In this document: positions 11,080-20,413 of the stretch, piece after piece | Position numbering within the stretch: the first letter of the stretch is position 1 | Layout of the letters: each line of letters opens with the position of its first letter | Assembly: GCA_918797485.1 (NCBI GenBank) | Contig: CAKKNE010000004.1 | Coordinates: 4,588,001 to 4,652,000, forward strand | Length of the DNA: 64,000 nt | Source of the DNA: Pelagomonas calceolata | Taxonomy: Eukaryota | Reading direction: 5' to 3' | Notes under the pieces: generated by a model | Told to the model about the DNA's origin: nothing | Databases searched by the model: none | The model's input: only the letters and a program-made list of their open reading frames with translations | Position numbers and translations under genes: made by a program

Positions 11080-11820
11080 ATGCCGCTCGCCCCACCCACA
11101 CCAAAGGTCGCCCGCTCCTTCAGCGAGTCCGGCCGCGTGCCCGAGGAGGCGCTCCGCGTGCCGCGCGAGCGCGAGGTCCATTTCGAGGTGGACGGCCCGC
11201 ACCAGGACGCGCCGCAGAAGCCACGACGGCGGCGCTACGGCCTGCTCTTCTTATCAATGGCAGTAGTAGCCTACTTCTGGCCGCTGCAGAGCGCGCCGCC
11301 GGTGAAGCGGATGCGACTGCGCCTGAAATCCCCGAAGATCCCCCAGAAGCTTCAGATCCTCACCGCGCGGCCGACGCGCTTCCGATGGCGGAGAAATGGT
11401 GCCATCGAGCTCGAGGCGAACGTGATCATGCGCATGTGGAACGACCACCCCGTTCCCCTCAAAATCCGCGCGCTGAACACGACGATACTCTTGCGATCGT
11501 TATTTTCCGAGGAGCGCTACGCCGTCGGGTACAAGACGGCGACGCGCATCAAGGTGCCGCCGAAAGGGCACGCGGACGTGCCCGCGCAACTTGTTATTTA
11601 CGGGCTGCGGTTGTTCATGTTTCCCGCAATCTTCGTGGACGTCCTATCGGAAATCTTCTACGCTTTCCGCGCGGGCCGGCGGCCGGTGCTGAACGTGCCG
11701 TTGGAGGGCTTCATCAAGCCCTGGCCCGCGGGACGAGTGGATGTCGCCTGCACGCTGAACCAGCCGTTGGACGCCGTCGGCGTGCCGGTCACCAATATCT
11801 GCCGGGCTAAGTTATTATAA
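11080..11820 (+). CDS. Type II membrane protein with LEA_2/WHy-like beta domain
   Basis: Single TM YGLLFLSMAVVAYFW, then MRMWNDHPVPLKIRALN...IKVPPKGHADVP, resembling LEA_2. Confidence 0.6.
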   Translation: MPLAPPTPKVARSFSESGRVPEEALRVPREREVHFEVDGPHQDAPQKPRRRRYGLLFLSMAVVAYFWPLQSAPPVKRMRLRLKSPKIPQKLQILTARPTRFRWRRNGAIELEANVIMRMWNDHPVPLKIRALNTTILLRSLFSEERYAVGYKTATRIKVPPKGHADVPAQLVIYGLRLFMFPAIFVDVLSEIFYAFRAGRRPVLNVPLEGFIKPWPAGRVDVACTLNQPLDAVGVPVTNICRAKLL

Positions 11821-11826
11821 GTTAAG

Positions 11827-12479
11827 TTACTCGGCGAGGTCGTCGAACCCCAACTCGTAGAGCTCCGAGATCCCCTCCTGGAGCGCGACGACATCGTCGC
11901 AGCCGAGCGCCTCCAGGGCCGCCTTCGCCGGGTGGACGCGGATGCCGGCCGCGCAGTGCAGGTAGAGCCGCTTCGTCGCGTCGAGGGCCTCCTTTGGGCA
12001 GGCGCCCTGCTGCAGCGCCGAGAGCGGCGCGGAGGTCGCCTGCGTGCGGTATTCGGTCACGTCGCGAGGAGTCGGGGGGGCGGTGAGTGATGAAGTCGCA
12101 TCGATGGCGCATGAACTCTTCAAGTGCTGGGACAGACGTGTTCTCGTGGATAGCGTACGCCCAACACGCCATCGCCGCGACACTCGCAAGTGAAAGAGTT
12201 GCAGCAGACGAGATGCGCCCACCCGATGGCAGCGACATCGCTTGCAACTTTGATTGCGGCACTGAAAGTCGCGGACGCGAAGTGGGCGGCGGCCCACTCG
12301 TGGGGCTCGCGCACGTCGAGCAGGAGCGCGTCGCCGCCGGCCACGTCGGCCTTGACCGTCTCGAGGTGCGGCGGCAGCACCCGCGCGGCGAGGCCTCGGC
12401 GAGCGGTTCGTGTTGCACTCTGGAGAAACGCATTGCTCGACCGCGCCACGATGGCTGCGATGAGTACGCGTACCATCAT
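11827..12479 (-). CDS. Rhodanese-domain protein, probably plastid-targeted, two exons
   Basis: Exons 12479-12273 and 12039-11827. LLLDVREPHEWAAAHFAS|ATSAPLSAL...LYLHCAAGIR carries the active-site Cys. Signal peptide followed by ...SNAF (ASAF-like). Confidence 0.85.
12040..12272 (-). mobile_element. Degenerate introner: predicted 233-nt GC-AG intron
   Basis: Starts GCGACTTT (6/8 to downstream exon GCGACCTC), immediately followed by CAGTGCCGCAATCAAA (12/16 to TIR CTGTGTGGAAATCAAA). Contains GTCGCGGCGATGGCGTG and ends CACGCAG. Removal joins the two rhodanese frames. Confidence 0.8.
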
Positions 12480-12848
12480 GTGCTCTCTGAGTGGAGTGGT
12501 TGCTGATGAGTGGTTCCTGATGCCCAACGGCGCTCGCGTGAAATCGCTGGGAGTATGAGACGTAAAAACTGCTACAGAAACGTGAGATACGTCCTGTGTA
12601 GTGCTAGTCAGGCTGCACAAGTTCGACGGCTTTGGGTTGTTTCCTAGTATGTCGATACGCTAGCTCTCATTTTGCGCCCACTAGTCCTAGCACCGTAACA
12701 ACATGAAGTCACATCACGATAAATGAGAAAAAACAAGGAAATGCAGTTAAGGACTAAAAGGGTGTGATGGGGGTCGGAGCTAAATTCCCGAATGAAACGG
12801 GTCGTGGCTAGGCGGCCTAGCCCTAAGCAAAGCAAACGAACCAGAATG

Positions 12849-13493
12849 TCAAATCAGATTTTCATACGTTGCTATGCTACGGATGGAGCTGTGTTTGAGT
12901 AAAAGTGCCTTCGTAAAACCGTTAACCCGAAACCTTTCTAAATCAATCCGAGATCGCAGGCGCTCCCTCGGGAGTTCTTCTCGTTTACCCCGCCTGTCGC
13001 AGTCCGGCCCGTGCTCAGTAAACAAGACTTTGTATCCCGTTTCCGTCACCTCTTCGACGACGCAGCCTTCGTAATCGGCGTAGCCCCCGCGGTACGGGGC
13101 ATCGGAGGCGAGCAGCTCGGCTCCGACCGCGAATTCGTCGGGGTCCTGCTGGGCTTTGCCGTAGTTGAATATTTTTATGATCATGGGTTCTTCCAACATG
13201 TCATTCAGCCGATCACCCCTCGCGCCCGTCCACCAACCTTCATACCCAAAACCCTGCTCGTATAGCGACCTGGCAAAATCCTCGTCGCATTGGATTTTTG
13301 AGTGGTCGAACGTAAACACGTGCGGATTCCGCTCGCGTTCCGCCCGCGCCTCCTCCGCCCGGCGCTCCGCTTCCTCCTCCCGCCGGTCCCGTTCCTCCAG
13401 GGCAGCCTTCCGGTTCTGCGCGGCGTCCGCCTTGAGCTTGCTCGCCCCTTCCTTCGCACGCTTGGACCCCTTTGGCGTCTTCGCGCGCGGCAT
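12849..13493 (-). CDS. Hypothetical protein with coiled coil and possible Tudor/Agenet-like domain
   Basis: MPRAKTPK start; FAVGAELLA...YEGCVVEEVTETGYKVLF...EELPRERLR resembles a Tudor-like fold. Confidence 0.6.
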   Translation of the reverse strand: MPRAKTPKGSKRAKEGASKLKADAAQNRKAALEERDRREEEAERRAEEARAERERNPHVFTFDHSKIQCDEDFARSLYEQGFGYEGWWTGARGDRLNDMLEEPMIIKIFNYGKAQQDPDEFAVGAELLASDAPYRGGYADYEGCVVEEVTETGYKVLFTEHGPDCDRRGKREELPRERLRSRIDLERFRVNGFTKALLLKHSSIRSIATYENLI

Positions 13494-13749
13494 TCCGTAC
13501 CGTCTGTGGTTGCTTGTCTGCTGTGGCTGCTTGCCTGGGCCGCAGCGATTGCGCGGGCTGCTCGGGCCTTGGCACCGAGTGTGTTGATCTTGTTGGAAGA
13601 GTCTCTTCGCCGTACGCGCGGGCTGCCTTATGCAGGTGCCCAAGCTATGCAAAGCGCTCTCTGTGGCAGCCAAGGCCCAAGCGCTTCGGAGACCGGGACT
13701 CTTCCTACTAGAGCCCAGCGGTTCCTAAGTAAAACACAGGGATTTTCAG

Positions 13750-14175
13750 TTACACACTCTTGGCCGTCACTCGTCCGCTAGCAAGCTTCGCCTTGTCCCA
13801 CGCGCCCACACTCAACCAGACGTTGAGCGGGTACGCGGGGTCCGGGTTGAGCGTCGCCGACGGGTCCGTCCACTCTATCAAAACGCGGCCGCCCGACGCC
13901 ATCCGGACCGTCGCCTGGAGGGGCACCGGGGGCTTGTCCGGTTTGGCACTTTTGGAGAAGTCGACGGTGGCCGTCGACGTCGTCGCGTCGAGCTCCGTGG
14001 TCAAGTGCCAGCGCGGCGTTTCCTGCGAGAGCGTCAGGTACCATTTGCCGTCCTTCGTCGAGATGCTCACGTCCTTCGCGTCGCCGTCGTGCATGTCGGC
14101 GAATCTGGTTTTGGGCATGACACCGGCGTTGACCGTCTGCAGCGCGCAGGCCGCGAGGAGGACTCGCGACAGCAT
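13750..14175 (-). CDS. Small secreted protein, 141 aa
   Basis: Signal peptide MLSRVLLAACALQTVNA; beta-rich mature region; coding-like codons. Confidence 0.7.
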   Translation of the reverse strand: MLSRVLLAACALQTVNAGVMPKTRFADMHDGDAKDVSISTKDGKWYLTLSQETPRWHLTTELDATTSTATVDFSKSAKPDKPPVPLQATVRMASGGRVLIEWTDPSATLNPDPAYPLNVWLSVGAWDKAKLASGRVTAKSV

Positions 14176-14580
14176 CTCTGAGAGGGTTGATACAGTAATC
14201 GGCTTGCTTACTGCGCGTTGAGCAGCACAGTGTCAGAGGCTGATTCAGCCAAAGCAGTGCAGCGCGTCGTGCGGTGTTGCTGTGCTTGCGCTATGAGCTT
14301 GTGAGAGGTTGGAAAGCAAACTGCCGCGCCTGATCACACCTGTCACCACGCAGAGCGGCGGGAACTCGGTGGGAGGCAGAGCTGGCTAGCTAGCGTACCG
14401 AAAGCCTCTAGAAAAAGCACAATCCGCAGCTTGGAATCGCGCGAACAAGGGCATTCCAGCAGTAGTTGCAGTGCGCGAGTGACAATAGCACTCCCAGCAC
14501 GCAGCGCTAGCGGTCACAGCACTCAGCACGAACGACAGAGCAGTAGCAGCTCCGTAAGCAGTGAGAGCCACCAAGCGATC

Positions 14581-17274
14581 ATGAGCGCACGCGCCTCCGA
14601 CGCAGCGATAGATGAGCGCAGCAGCACCCTAGCACTCGTGGGTGCCGCGGGCGGCGGCGCGCCGAAACCGCCAAAGGCTCCCAAGGCGCCGAAAGCCGCG
14701 GCCCCGCCGAAACCGCCTGCCGCCGCGAAAAAGGGCAAGGGCAAGAAGAAGGAAAAAGTGGACATAGCCATGGAGCCGGCCCTGCCCCTGGCCGACCTGC
14801 TCGGCTCGACGAACTTCCCGCAGACTGAGGGAGAGTACTACGTGACGACGGCGATCAATTATGCTAATGGTGCCCCGCACATGGGCCACGCCTACGAAGC
14901 TTTAGTTACTGATGTGGTCGCGCGCTACCACCGCTTGAGCGGAAAAAAGCTGTGTGGAAATCAAACAGTGAGTTTCGAGCAGTTACGGGGACGACGACGT
15001 CGCGGCGATGGCGTGGGGCGTCCAAAACTTGATTTTCACACAGGCAAGAAGACCTTCATGCTCACGGGCGCGGACGAGCACGGCCAAAAGATCGCGAACA
15101 CCGCTGCTGCACAAAATATAACACCGCAAGAGTTGGTAGATACGTGCGTGGCTCGCTTCAAGGCCTTGGACGAGCGGCTCGACGTCGCTTACGACGACTA
15201 CTTACGAACGACCAGTGAAAGGCACAAGGCGTGCTGCCGGGAGCTGTGGCGGCGGTGCGCTAGCAAGGGTGATGTCTTTTTAGAGAGATATGATGGCTGG
15301 TACGACGAGCGGGCCGAACAGTTCGTAAAAGCAAGCGACGCGAAGCTCCAGAACTACAAGGACGCCGACGGCATTCCTCTGAAGCGGACGACGGAGGAGT
15401 GCTACTTTTTTAGGTTAGGTAAATATGCCCCGGCCGTGCGGAAGCACATCGAGGCGAACCCGGAGTTCGTCCAGCCCGAGGCGCGAAGAAAAGATGTGTT
15501 GAAGATGTTGGATGATGCCGAGGAGATCGAGAAGTTATCTATATCTCGCACAACCTTCGACTGGGGCGTGGGCCTGCCCGAGGGCTTCGACGAGGGGCAC
15601 GTGCGCGTGCAGTGTCTGTCTTTGCGCGGCGATGGCGTCGACGCGACGCGCGCGACCGGGGCGCCTCCGACGCGACGACGGCGTCAAGGCGCCATCACCG
15701 CGGGGGATCGACGCGCGCGAGGAAGCCGCCGCGAACGGGGCACCTCCGTTCGCCGTCGCCGCGTCGATGGCGCCTCGCATGACGCCGTCGACGCGACGCG
15801 ACACCGAACGCAGGTCATGTACGTCTGGATCGACGCGCTGACGAACTATGTTACTGGTGCGGGCGGGTTGGGCGAGCATAATGGCAAGGACTTCACGAAG
15901 GGAGGCGGAAGGTGGCCCGCGGATTGTCATATTATAGGCAAAGACATTGTTAGATTTCATGCGATCTACTGGCCGGCGTTTCTCATGAGTGCGGAGCTAC
16001 CTCTACCTAAGTCGGTATTTTGCCATGGATTTGTGCTTGACAGTGTCGGTGCGAAGATGTCCAAGACCTTAGGGAACGTCGTGGATCCCAATGCGCTGCT
16101 AGATGACGGCGTACAACCGGATAGCTTCAGGTACTTTTGTGTGAAAGATGCGTCGCCGGGTGCGGATGTGAAGTTCTCCAGACCAGCATTAGTCCTAGCC
16201 CACAACACGGAGCTCGCGGACGCGTTCGGCAACTTGCTTCATCGCGCGACGGCGTTAGCCTCCTCAAAATGTAATGGACAAGTTCCTGCCCCTGTCAAGG
16301 TAGAGGTAGGTAAACCTTTTGATCTGGCATCGTTACGAAACGACTCAGTCAAAGCCATGGCTTCGTTAGACGTCGGTGCGTATGCGAAACGGGTGATGGC
16401 GTGCTGCAGAGACGCGAACAAGTGGGTCGCCGACCTGGAGCCCTGGAAGATGAAGGACGATGCTGCGGACAAGAGGCAGGAGGTCTTGCGGTTGCTACTC
16501 GAAGCGTGCTACGCTCTCTCGTTGTTCCTGGCGCCGCTCGCGCCTCGCGCGGCGACGTTCGCGTTGCGCCGAGTCGGCGGTCAACCCATGGCAACGTCAA
16601 AACTCAAAGCGGACTTCTCGAACCTGCAGACGGGAGCTCGTGTCACGCCCGGCGCGCCGTTATTTGCGCAAATTGAAGTCGACGGCGGCGCGTCGGCGGC
16701 TCTCGCAAAGGAGAAAAAGAAGAAGGTCGTGTCGAAGAAGCCCGAGGCCTTCGTCGACTATACGGATGCCGACGACACGGCCGCGTCGCGGTTGGCGCTC
16801 GTCGTGGGGAAGATCGTGGAGGTGTGGCCGCATCCTGATAGTGACAAACTGTTCTGCGAGAAGATCGACTGTGGGGAGGCGTTCGGCGGCGTGCGGGAGG
16901 TCGCGTCGGGCCTGCAGAAGCACTACAAGGTCGACGACTTGAAAGATCGGGTGGTACTCGTCGCGGCGAACCTCAAGGCCAAGAAGCTCGCCGGCTTCCC
17001 GTCGCACGGCATGGTGCTCTGCGCGACGGCGCCGGACGGCTCGCTGTCCTGCGTCGACCCTCCAAAATCCGCCAAGCCGGGCGACGTCGTCGCGCTCGCG
17101 GGCCTCAAGAACCCGCCCGCGTCGGAGTCCCAGGTCGACAAGAAGAAGCTCTTCGCCAAGGCGCAGCCGCACTTCGTCGTCCGCGGGAACGTGTGCTACT
17201 ACAAGGACAAGCCGTTTGATATAAACGGGGCGCCGTGCACGGCGGCGGTCGCGGACGGGGCGTCGATTAACTAG
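14581..17274 (+). CDS. MARS: Methionyl-tRNA synthetase with C-terminal tRNA-binding (EMAP-II/Trbp111-like) domain, three exons
   Basis: YVTTAINYANGAPHMGHAYE (HIGH), TGADEHG, YVWIDA, IGKDIVRFH, KMSKT (KMSKS), C-terminal HPDSDKL...SHGMVLCA. Predicted introns 14942-15043 and 15601-15813. Start codon uncertain. Confidence 0.95.
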   Translation: MSARASDAAIDERSSTLALVGAAGGGAPKPPKAPKAPKAAAPPKPPAAAKKGKGKKKEKVDIAMEPALPLADLLGSTNFPQTEGEYYVTTAINYANGAPHMGHAYEALVTDVVARYHRLSGKKLCGNQTVSFEQLRGRRRRGDGVGRPKLDFHTGKKTFMLTGADEHGQKIANTAAAQNITPQELVDTCVARFKALDERLDVAYDDYLRTTSERHKACCRELWRRCASKGDVFLERYDGWYDERAEQFVKASDAKLQNYKDADGIPLKRTTEECYFFRLGKYAPAVRKHIEANPEFVQPEARRKDVLKMLDDAEEIEKLSISRTTFDWGVGLPEGFDEGHVRVQCLSLRGDGVDATRATGAPPTRRRRQGAITAGDRRARGSRRERGTSVRRRRVDGASHDAVDATRHRTQVMYVWIDALTNYVTGAGGLGEHNGKDFTKGGGRWPADCHIIGKDIVRFHAIYWPAFLMSAELPLPKSVFCHGFVLDSVGAKMSKTLGNVVDPNALLDDGVQPDSFRYFCVKDASPGADVKFSRPALVLAHNTELADAFGNLLHRATALASSKCNGQVPAPVKVEVGKPFDLASLRNDSVKAMASLDVGAYAKRVMACCRDANKWVADLEPWKMKDDAADKRQEVLRLLLEACYALSLFLAPLAPRAATFALRRVGGQPMATSKLKADFSNLQTGARVTPGAPLFAQIEVDGGASAALAKEKKKKVVSKKPEAFVDYTDADDTAASRLALVVGKIVEVWPHPDSDKLFCEKIDCGEAFGGVREVASGLQKHYKVDDLKDRVVLVAANLKAKKLAGFPSHGMVLCATAPDGSLSCVDPPKSAKPGDVVALAGLKNPPASESQVDKKKLFAKAQPHFVVRGNVCYYKDKPFDINGAPCTAAVADGASIN
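14950..15043 (+). mobile_element. Introner element (TIR MITE) in MetRS; predicted intron 14942-15043
   Basis: CTGTGTGGAAATCAA at 14950 and TTGATTTTCACACAG ending 15043 (14/15 inverted repeat). Flanks GAAAAAAG / GCAAGAAG (6/8). Removal restores RYHRLSGKKTFMLTGADEHG. Confidence 0.88.
15601..15813 (+). other. Predicted 213-nt in-frame GT-AG intron in MetRS (old introner-like)
   Basis: GTGCGC...AACGCAG. Removal restores DEGH|VMYVWIDA. Contains GCGGCGATGGCGT and CGCGTCGATGGCG motifs shared with the introners. Confidence 0.88.
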
Positions 17275-17355
17275 TCGTTTCTATATACTTAGGGCAGCGT
17301 TGCAGTCCGGGATAGGACAAAAGGGGATCCGCTGCAGAGCTTGTTGTTGGAGTGT

Positions 17356-18293
17356 CTACCACACGCGAGGATCACCGTCTTCCGTCACGGGGTAGAACTC
17401 CTTCTCGTCATACCTCAAGTCGGTCAGTTGGCCGTCCGGCCCCCACTGCCGGAGATTGAGAACGAGCTTGTAATCATTCGGGTCTCCGTTATTCCCGGTA
17501 TCCTCAAAGTAGCCATAGTAGTAGTTAAGGAACGGAGGGTCGGGATGAAGAGCGCGGACTGCGGCGCCGAGTAGCAATCATCATTTCCCCAGTCGTCCCA
17601 CCAGCACGGGGACTTGTCGTCCTTGCTGTTTTTACCGGTAATGAAGATATTAGATATCTGCGCGTTCGAGATAGACTTCGTCTTATCGGCGCTGAGGACG
17701 TAGTCGTTACCATGTCCGCCTTCGCCGCAATCCGACGCCGTGCAGCCCGGCGCCTCGAATACGGCACCGCCGCAGAGCCCCGTCGTCGAAGCGTCCATAA
17801 CAAGCCGGTTATTGTCCAACGAGACGTACGTGAAGTCCTGGAAGTTAGTGTTGTCGCCGAGGATGAACCCGATCTTCTTCGACTTGTCCATGCTCAAACA
17901 GTTTGTCTCTTCATTGACAGGACCGTAGGCCGTGATGACGGTGTTAGCCACGCCCGACCCGACGATGGACATGCCGCTGGGGACCGCGTACTGCGGGGGG
18001 CCTAAGGCGAAATCGCCCGACCCGAGCTTCACCGTCGCGTAGCCGGCGCAGCCGTCGAGGCACGTTCTGAGGTCCTTGTAATTAGGAGCCGCCCCGCCGT
18101 CGCAGTTGCACGTGCCTCCTTTCGAGAGGTTGACGACCTCCTTGGCGGGCGTCATCTGCGTCGCCGTCGCGGCGACAGCCCCGAGCGCGAACGCGGCGAT
18201 AGCGGCGACGGCGACGAGGCCCTTGATCTTGTTGTTTTTCTTCGGCGCGAGGAGCGTCGACTCCTCGGCGGGCACCGTGTTGTAAAGCGCCAT
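17356..18293 (-). CDS. Type II membrane-anchored protein with pectin-lyase-like beta-helix start; apparently frameshifted or truncated near 17537
   Basis: MALYNTVPAEESTLL + TM; ATVKLGSGDF...VPSGMSIVGSGVANTVIT. After SALFIPT the natural-looking sequence continues in another frame to a stop at 17356; the unshifted stop is at 17424. Confidence 0.6.
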
Positions 18294-18298
18294 CCTTC

Positions 18299-18457
18299 CT
18301 GCGCGGAGGTTAGCCGTGAACAGGTCGAGACCGCGGCGCGAGCGGCGAGCGCGACCGAGCGACCGCTGCGGCGGCGCTCGCGGTCCGCGGGCGCTGTCGC
18401 GTTGCGGCGAGGGCTTATCGCGGCGCCGCGGGCGGCCTGGCGAGGCGCGGCCCGCAC
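18299..18457 (-). other. Predicted 159-nt canonical 5'-UTR intron
   Basis: Minus strand GTGCGG donor, GGCTAAC branch-point-like motif, GCGCAG acceptor 5 nt before the ATG at 18293. Confidence 0.6.
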
Positions 18458-18693
18458 TGGTCAAGATGCATTGAAGCAGAGGGAATTTGTGAGAAAAAAA
18501 ACGCGGCAACGCGCCGGCTTGTAGAGTGTATGGGTCTTGTCAGTAATGTAGTGGTCTTTACGCGCTATATCTCTAGTCTGAGACACAGCACGCGCAACGC
18601 AGGAATCGGTGGCTGCAAAAGCTAATTCCGGAGAAAAACCCGCCACTCGCCGATGAGGAGGTCAAAGGAACCATGTTATGATCGCTACGAAGC

Positions 18694-20004
18694 CTAAGCC
18701 GCCAGCCGCACGCTCGGCGAAAACGGCTCCGCCGACGCCTCGCGCGCGGACCGCACCATGCCGTCCAACCTTCGATCGAGCGCCGTCATGTTGTGCTCGT
18801 AGCCCTCTCCCCTGTTCGAGAACCAGTCGACGAACTTCAGCGCAATGTCCAGCTCCGCGCGCGCTTTAGCGGAAGTCTCCTCGAGGCGCGCCACGCGGCC
18901 GCGGCACTCGGCGACGGCGCCGTGCGGCGCCGCGAGCAGGTCGCGCACCGCACCGTCGACCAATCGCCGCGCGAGCGCCGCCGCGGCCTCGGCGCCGCGC
19001 CGCGCCGCCGCGCGGTCCTCGCTGCTCTGCGAACTCGCCCTAGATTCTTCGGCGGCGAGGTCGGCCGACACGCGCGCGAAGCCCTGCTCGACCTCGCGCT
19101 TGAGCTGCTGGAGCTGCTCGAGCGTCGACGCGTGGTGCGCCACGTGCTGGGCGTGCGCGTCGCGGTGCGTCGTGTTCGCCAGGGCCTCGTCGAGGGCCTG
19201 GTCCCTTTCTTCCCGCTTCACCGCTTCTTCCCCAACCACGGCGACGATCGCGTCGACCTCGCGCTGCAGCGCCGCCGTGACCACGGAGGAGGCCTCCAGC
19301 TGCTCATGAATATGCGACCGTTCATCCGACGCCTTGGAGGCACGCTCCTCCAACGCTTTTACAGTAGCGTTCGTCCGGTCGATGAACGAATCGACGTCCC
19401 GCAACCGAATGCACGTCGCGCGGAAGGCCGCCTCGTCCACTCCATCGACCTTAGTAGCGACGACGGCGTCCGTGGCATCTAAACGACGCCCGAACGCCGC
19501 GAGCTCGTCCTCCAGCGCGAGCGCGTGGTCCTTCGCGGCCCCGCGCAACTCGAGCGCGTCGAGGCGCTCCGTGAGCGTTCTATGGGATTCCAATGCGTGG
19601 TCGTGGCGCCCGGAGTGCTCCGCGTGCCGGCCATCAATCAAGTCAGCTAGGCGCGCGATGGCGGCCGCATTCTCGGCGACCTGGCGGTTCAGGGGCACGT
19701 GGTGGTGGTGCTGGTGCGGCTGCTGTTGTGTCGCCGCCGTCGCCGACGGCGCCGTCGACGGCGCCTCGGACGCCGTCTCGTTGATCGACTCCGCGTCGAG
19801 CGACGTCGCGGCCTCGAGCCGCGCGAGCTGCGCCTCGAGGCCGGCGCAGCGCGCCTCGAGCGTCGCGTTGTGGCGCGCGGCCGTCTGGAGCGCGGCGATC
19901 TCCGTCTCCTGGTGCGCGAGGCGCGCCATGAGCTGGCCGAAGAGCTGCTCGAGGCGCGGCAGGTTCAGGATGCCCTGGAGGGGCGTGGGGCCGGCGGCGG
20001 CCAT
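18694..20004 (-). CDS. Coiled-coil protein, 436 aa
   Basis: ATG-initiated long ORF, heptad-rich, ends LDIALKFVDWFSNRGEGYEHN. Confidence 0.75.
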   Translation of the reverse strand: MAAAGPTPLQGILNLPRLEQLFGQLMARLAHQETEIAALQTAARHNATLEARCAGLEAQLARLEAATSLDAESINETASEAPSTAPSATAATQQQPHQHHHHVPLNRQVAENAAAIARLADLIDGRHAEHSGRHDHALESHRTLTERLDALELRGAAKDHALALEDELAAFGRRLDATDAVVATKVDGVDEAAFRATCIRLRDVDSFIDRTNATVKALEERASKASDERSHIHEQLEASSVVTAALQREVDAIVAVVGEEAVKREERDQALDEALANTTHRDAHAQHVAHHASTLEQLQQLKREVEQGFARVSADLAAEESRASSQSSEDRAAARRGAEAAAALARRLVDGAVRDLLAAPHGAVAECRGRVARLEETSAKARAELDIALKFVDWFSNRGEGYEHNMTALDRRLDGMVRSAREASAEPFSPSVRLAA

Positions 20005-20413
20005 GGTTGTTCACAGCGTTCACAGCGGCGGCGGCGTCAAGCGCTGGGCACACACCTCTGGCTTGGCTGTCTATCTCGGCTGCGCGACGGTGGCGCGGCG
20101 TTTTCTTGGCAGCGTTTCGTGTCGAGACTGTCGCCGGCCTACTGCACAGCTTGGTTTTTGAATCGCGTTCGTTTGCGTGTCGGCGTTTTGAAAAAGCTCT
20201 GTTTGGCACAGCTTGTCAAACGGTGCGAGCTGGCGCGACCAACCACAGACCCGTCTCTCTGGCACGCGACGCGTCGGGAAAGACCATCTGACTACCGCGG
20301 CGGGGGGCCAGAGCGTGCGGGGTTGGAACTGGGCTGGACCTCATGGAGGCTGCAAGCTGCCCGCGGGAGGAGTGCGATACGAGTGCCGTAGCACCAGGAA
20401 AAACCCATCAAGC

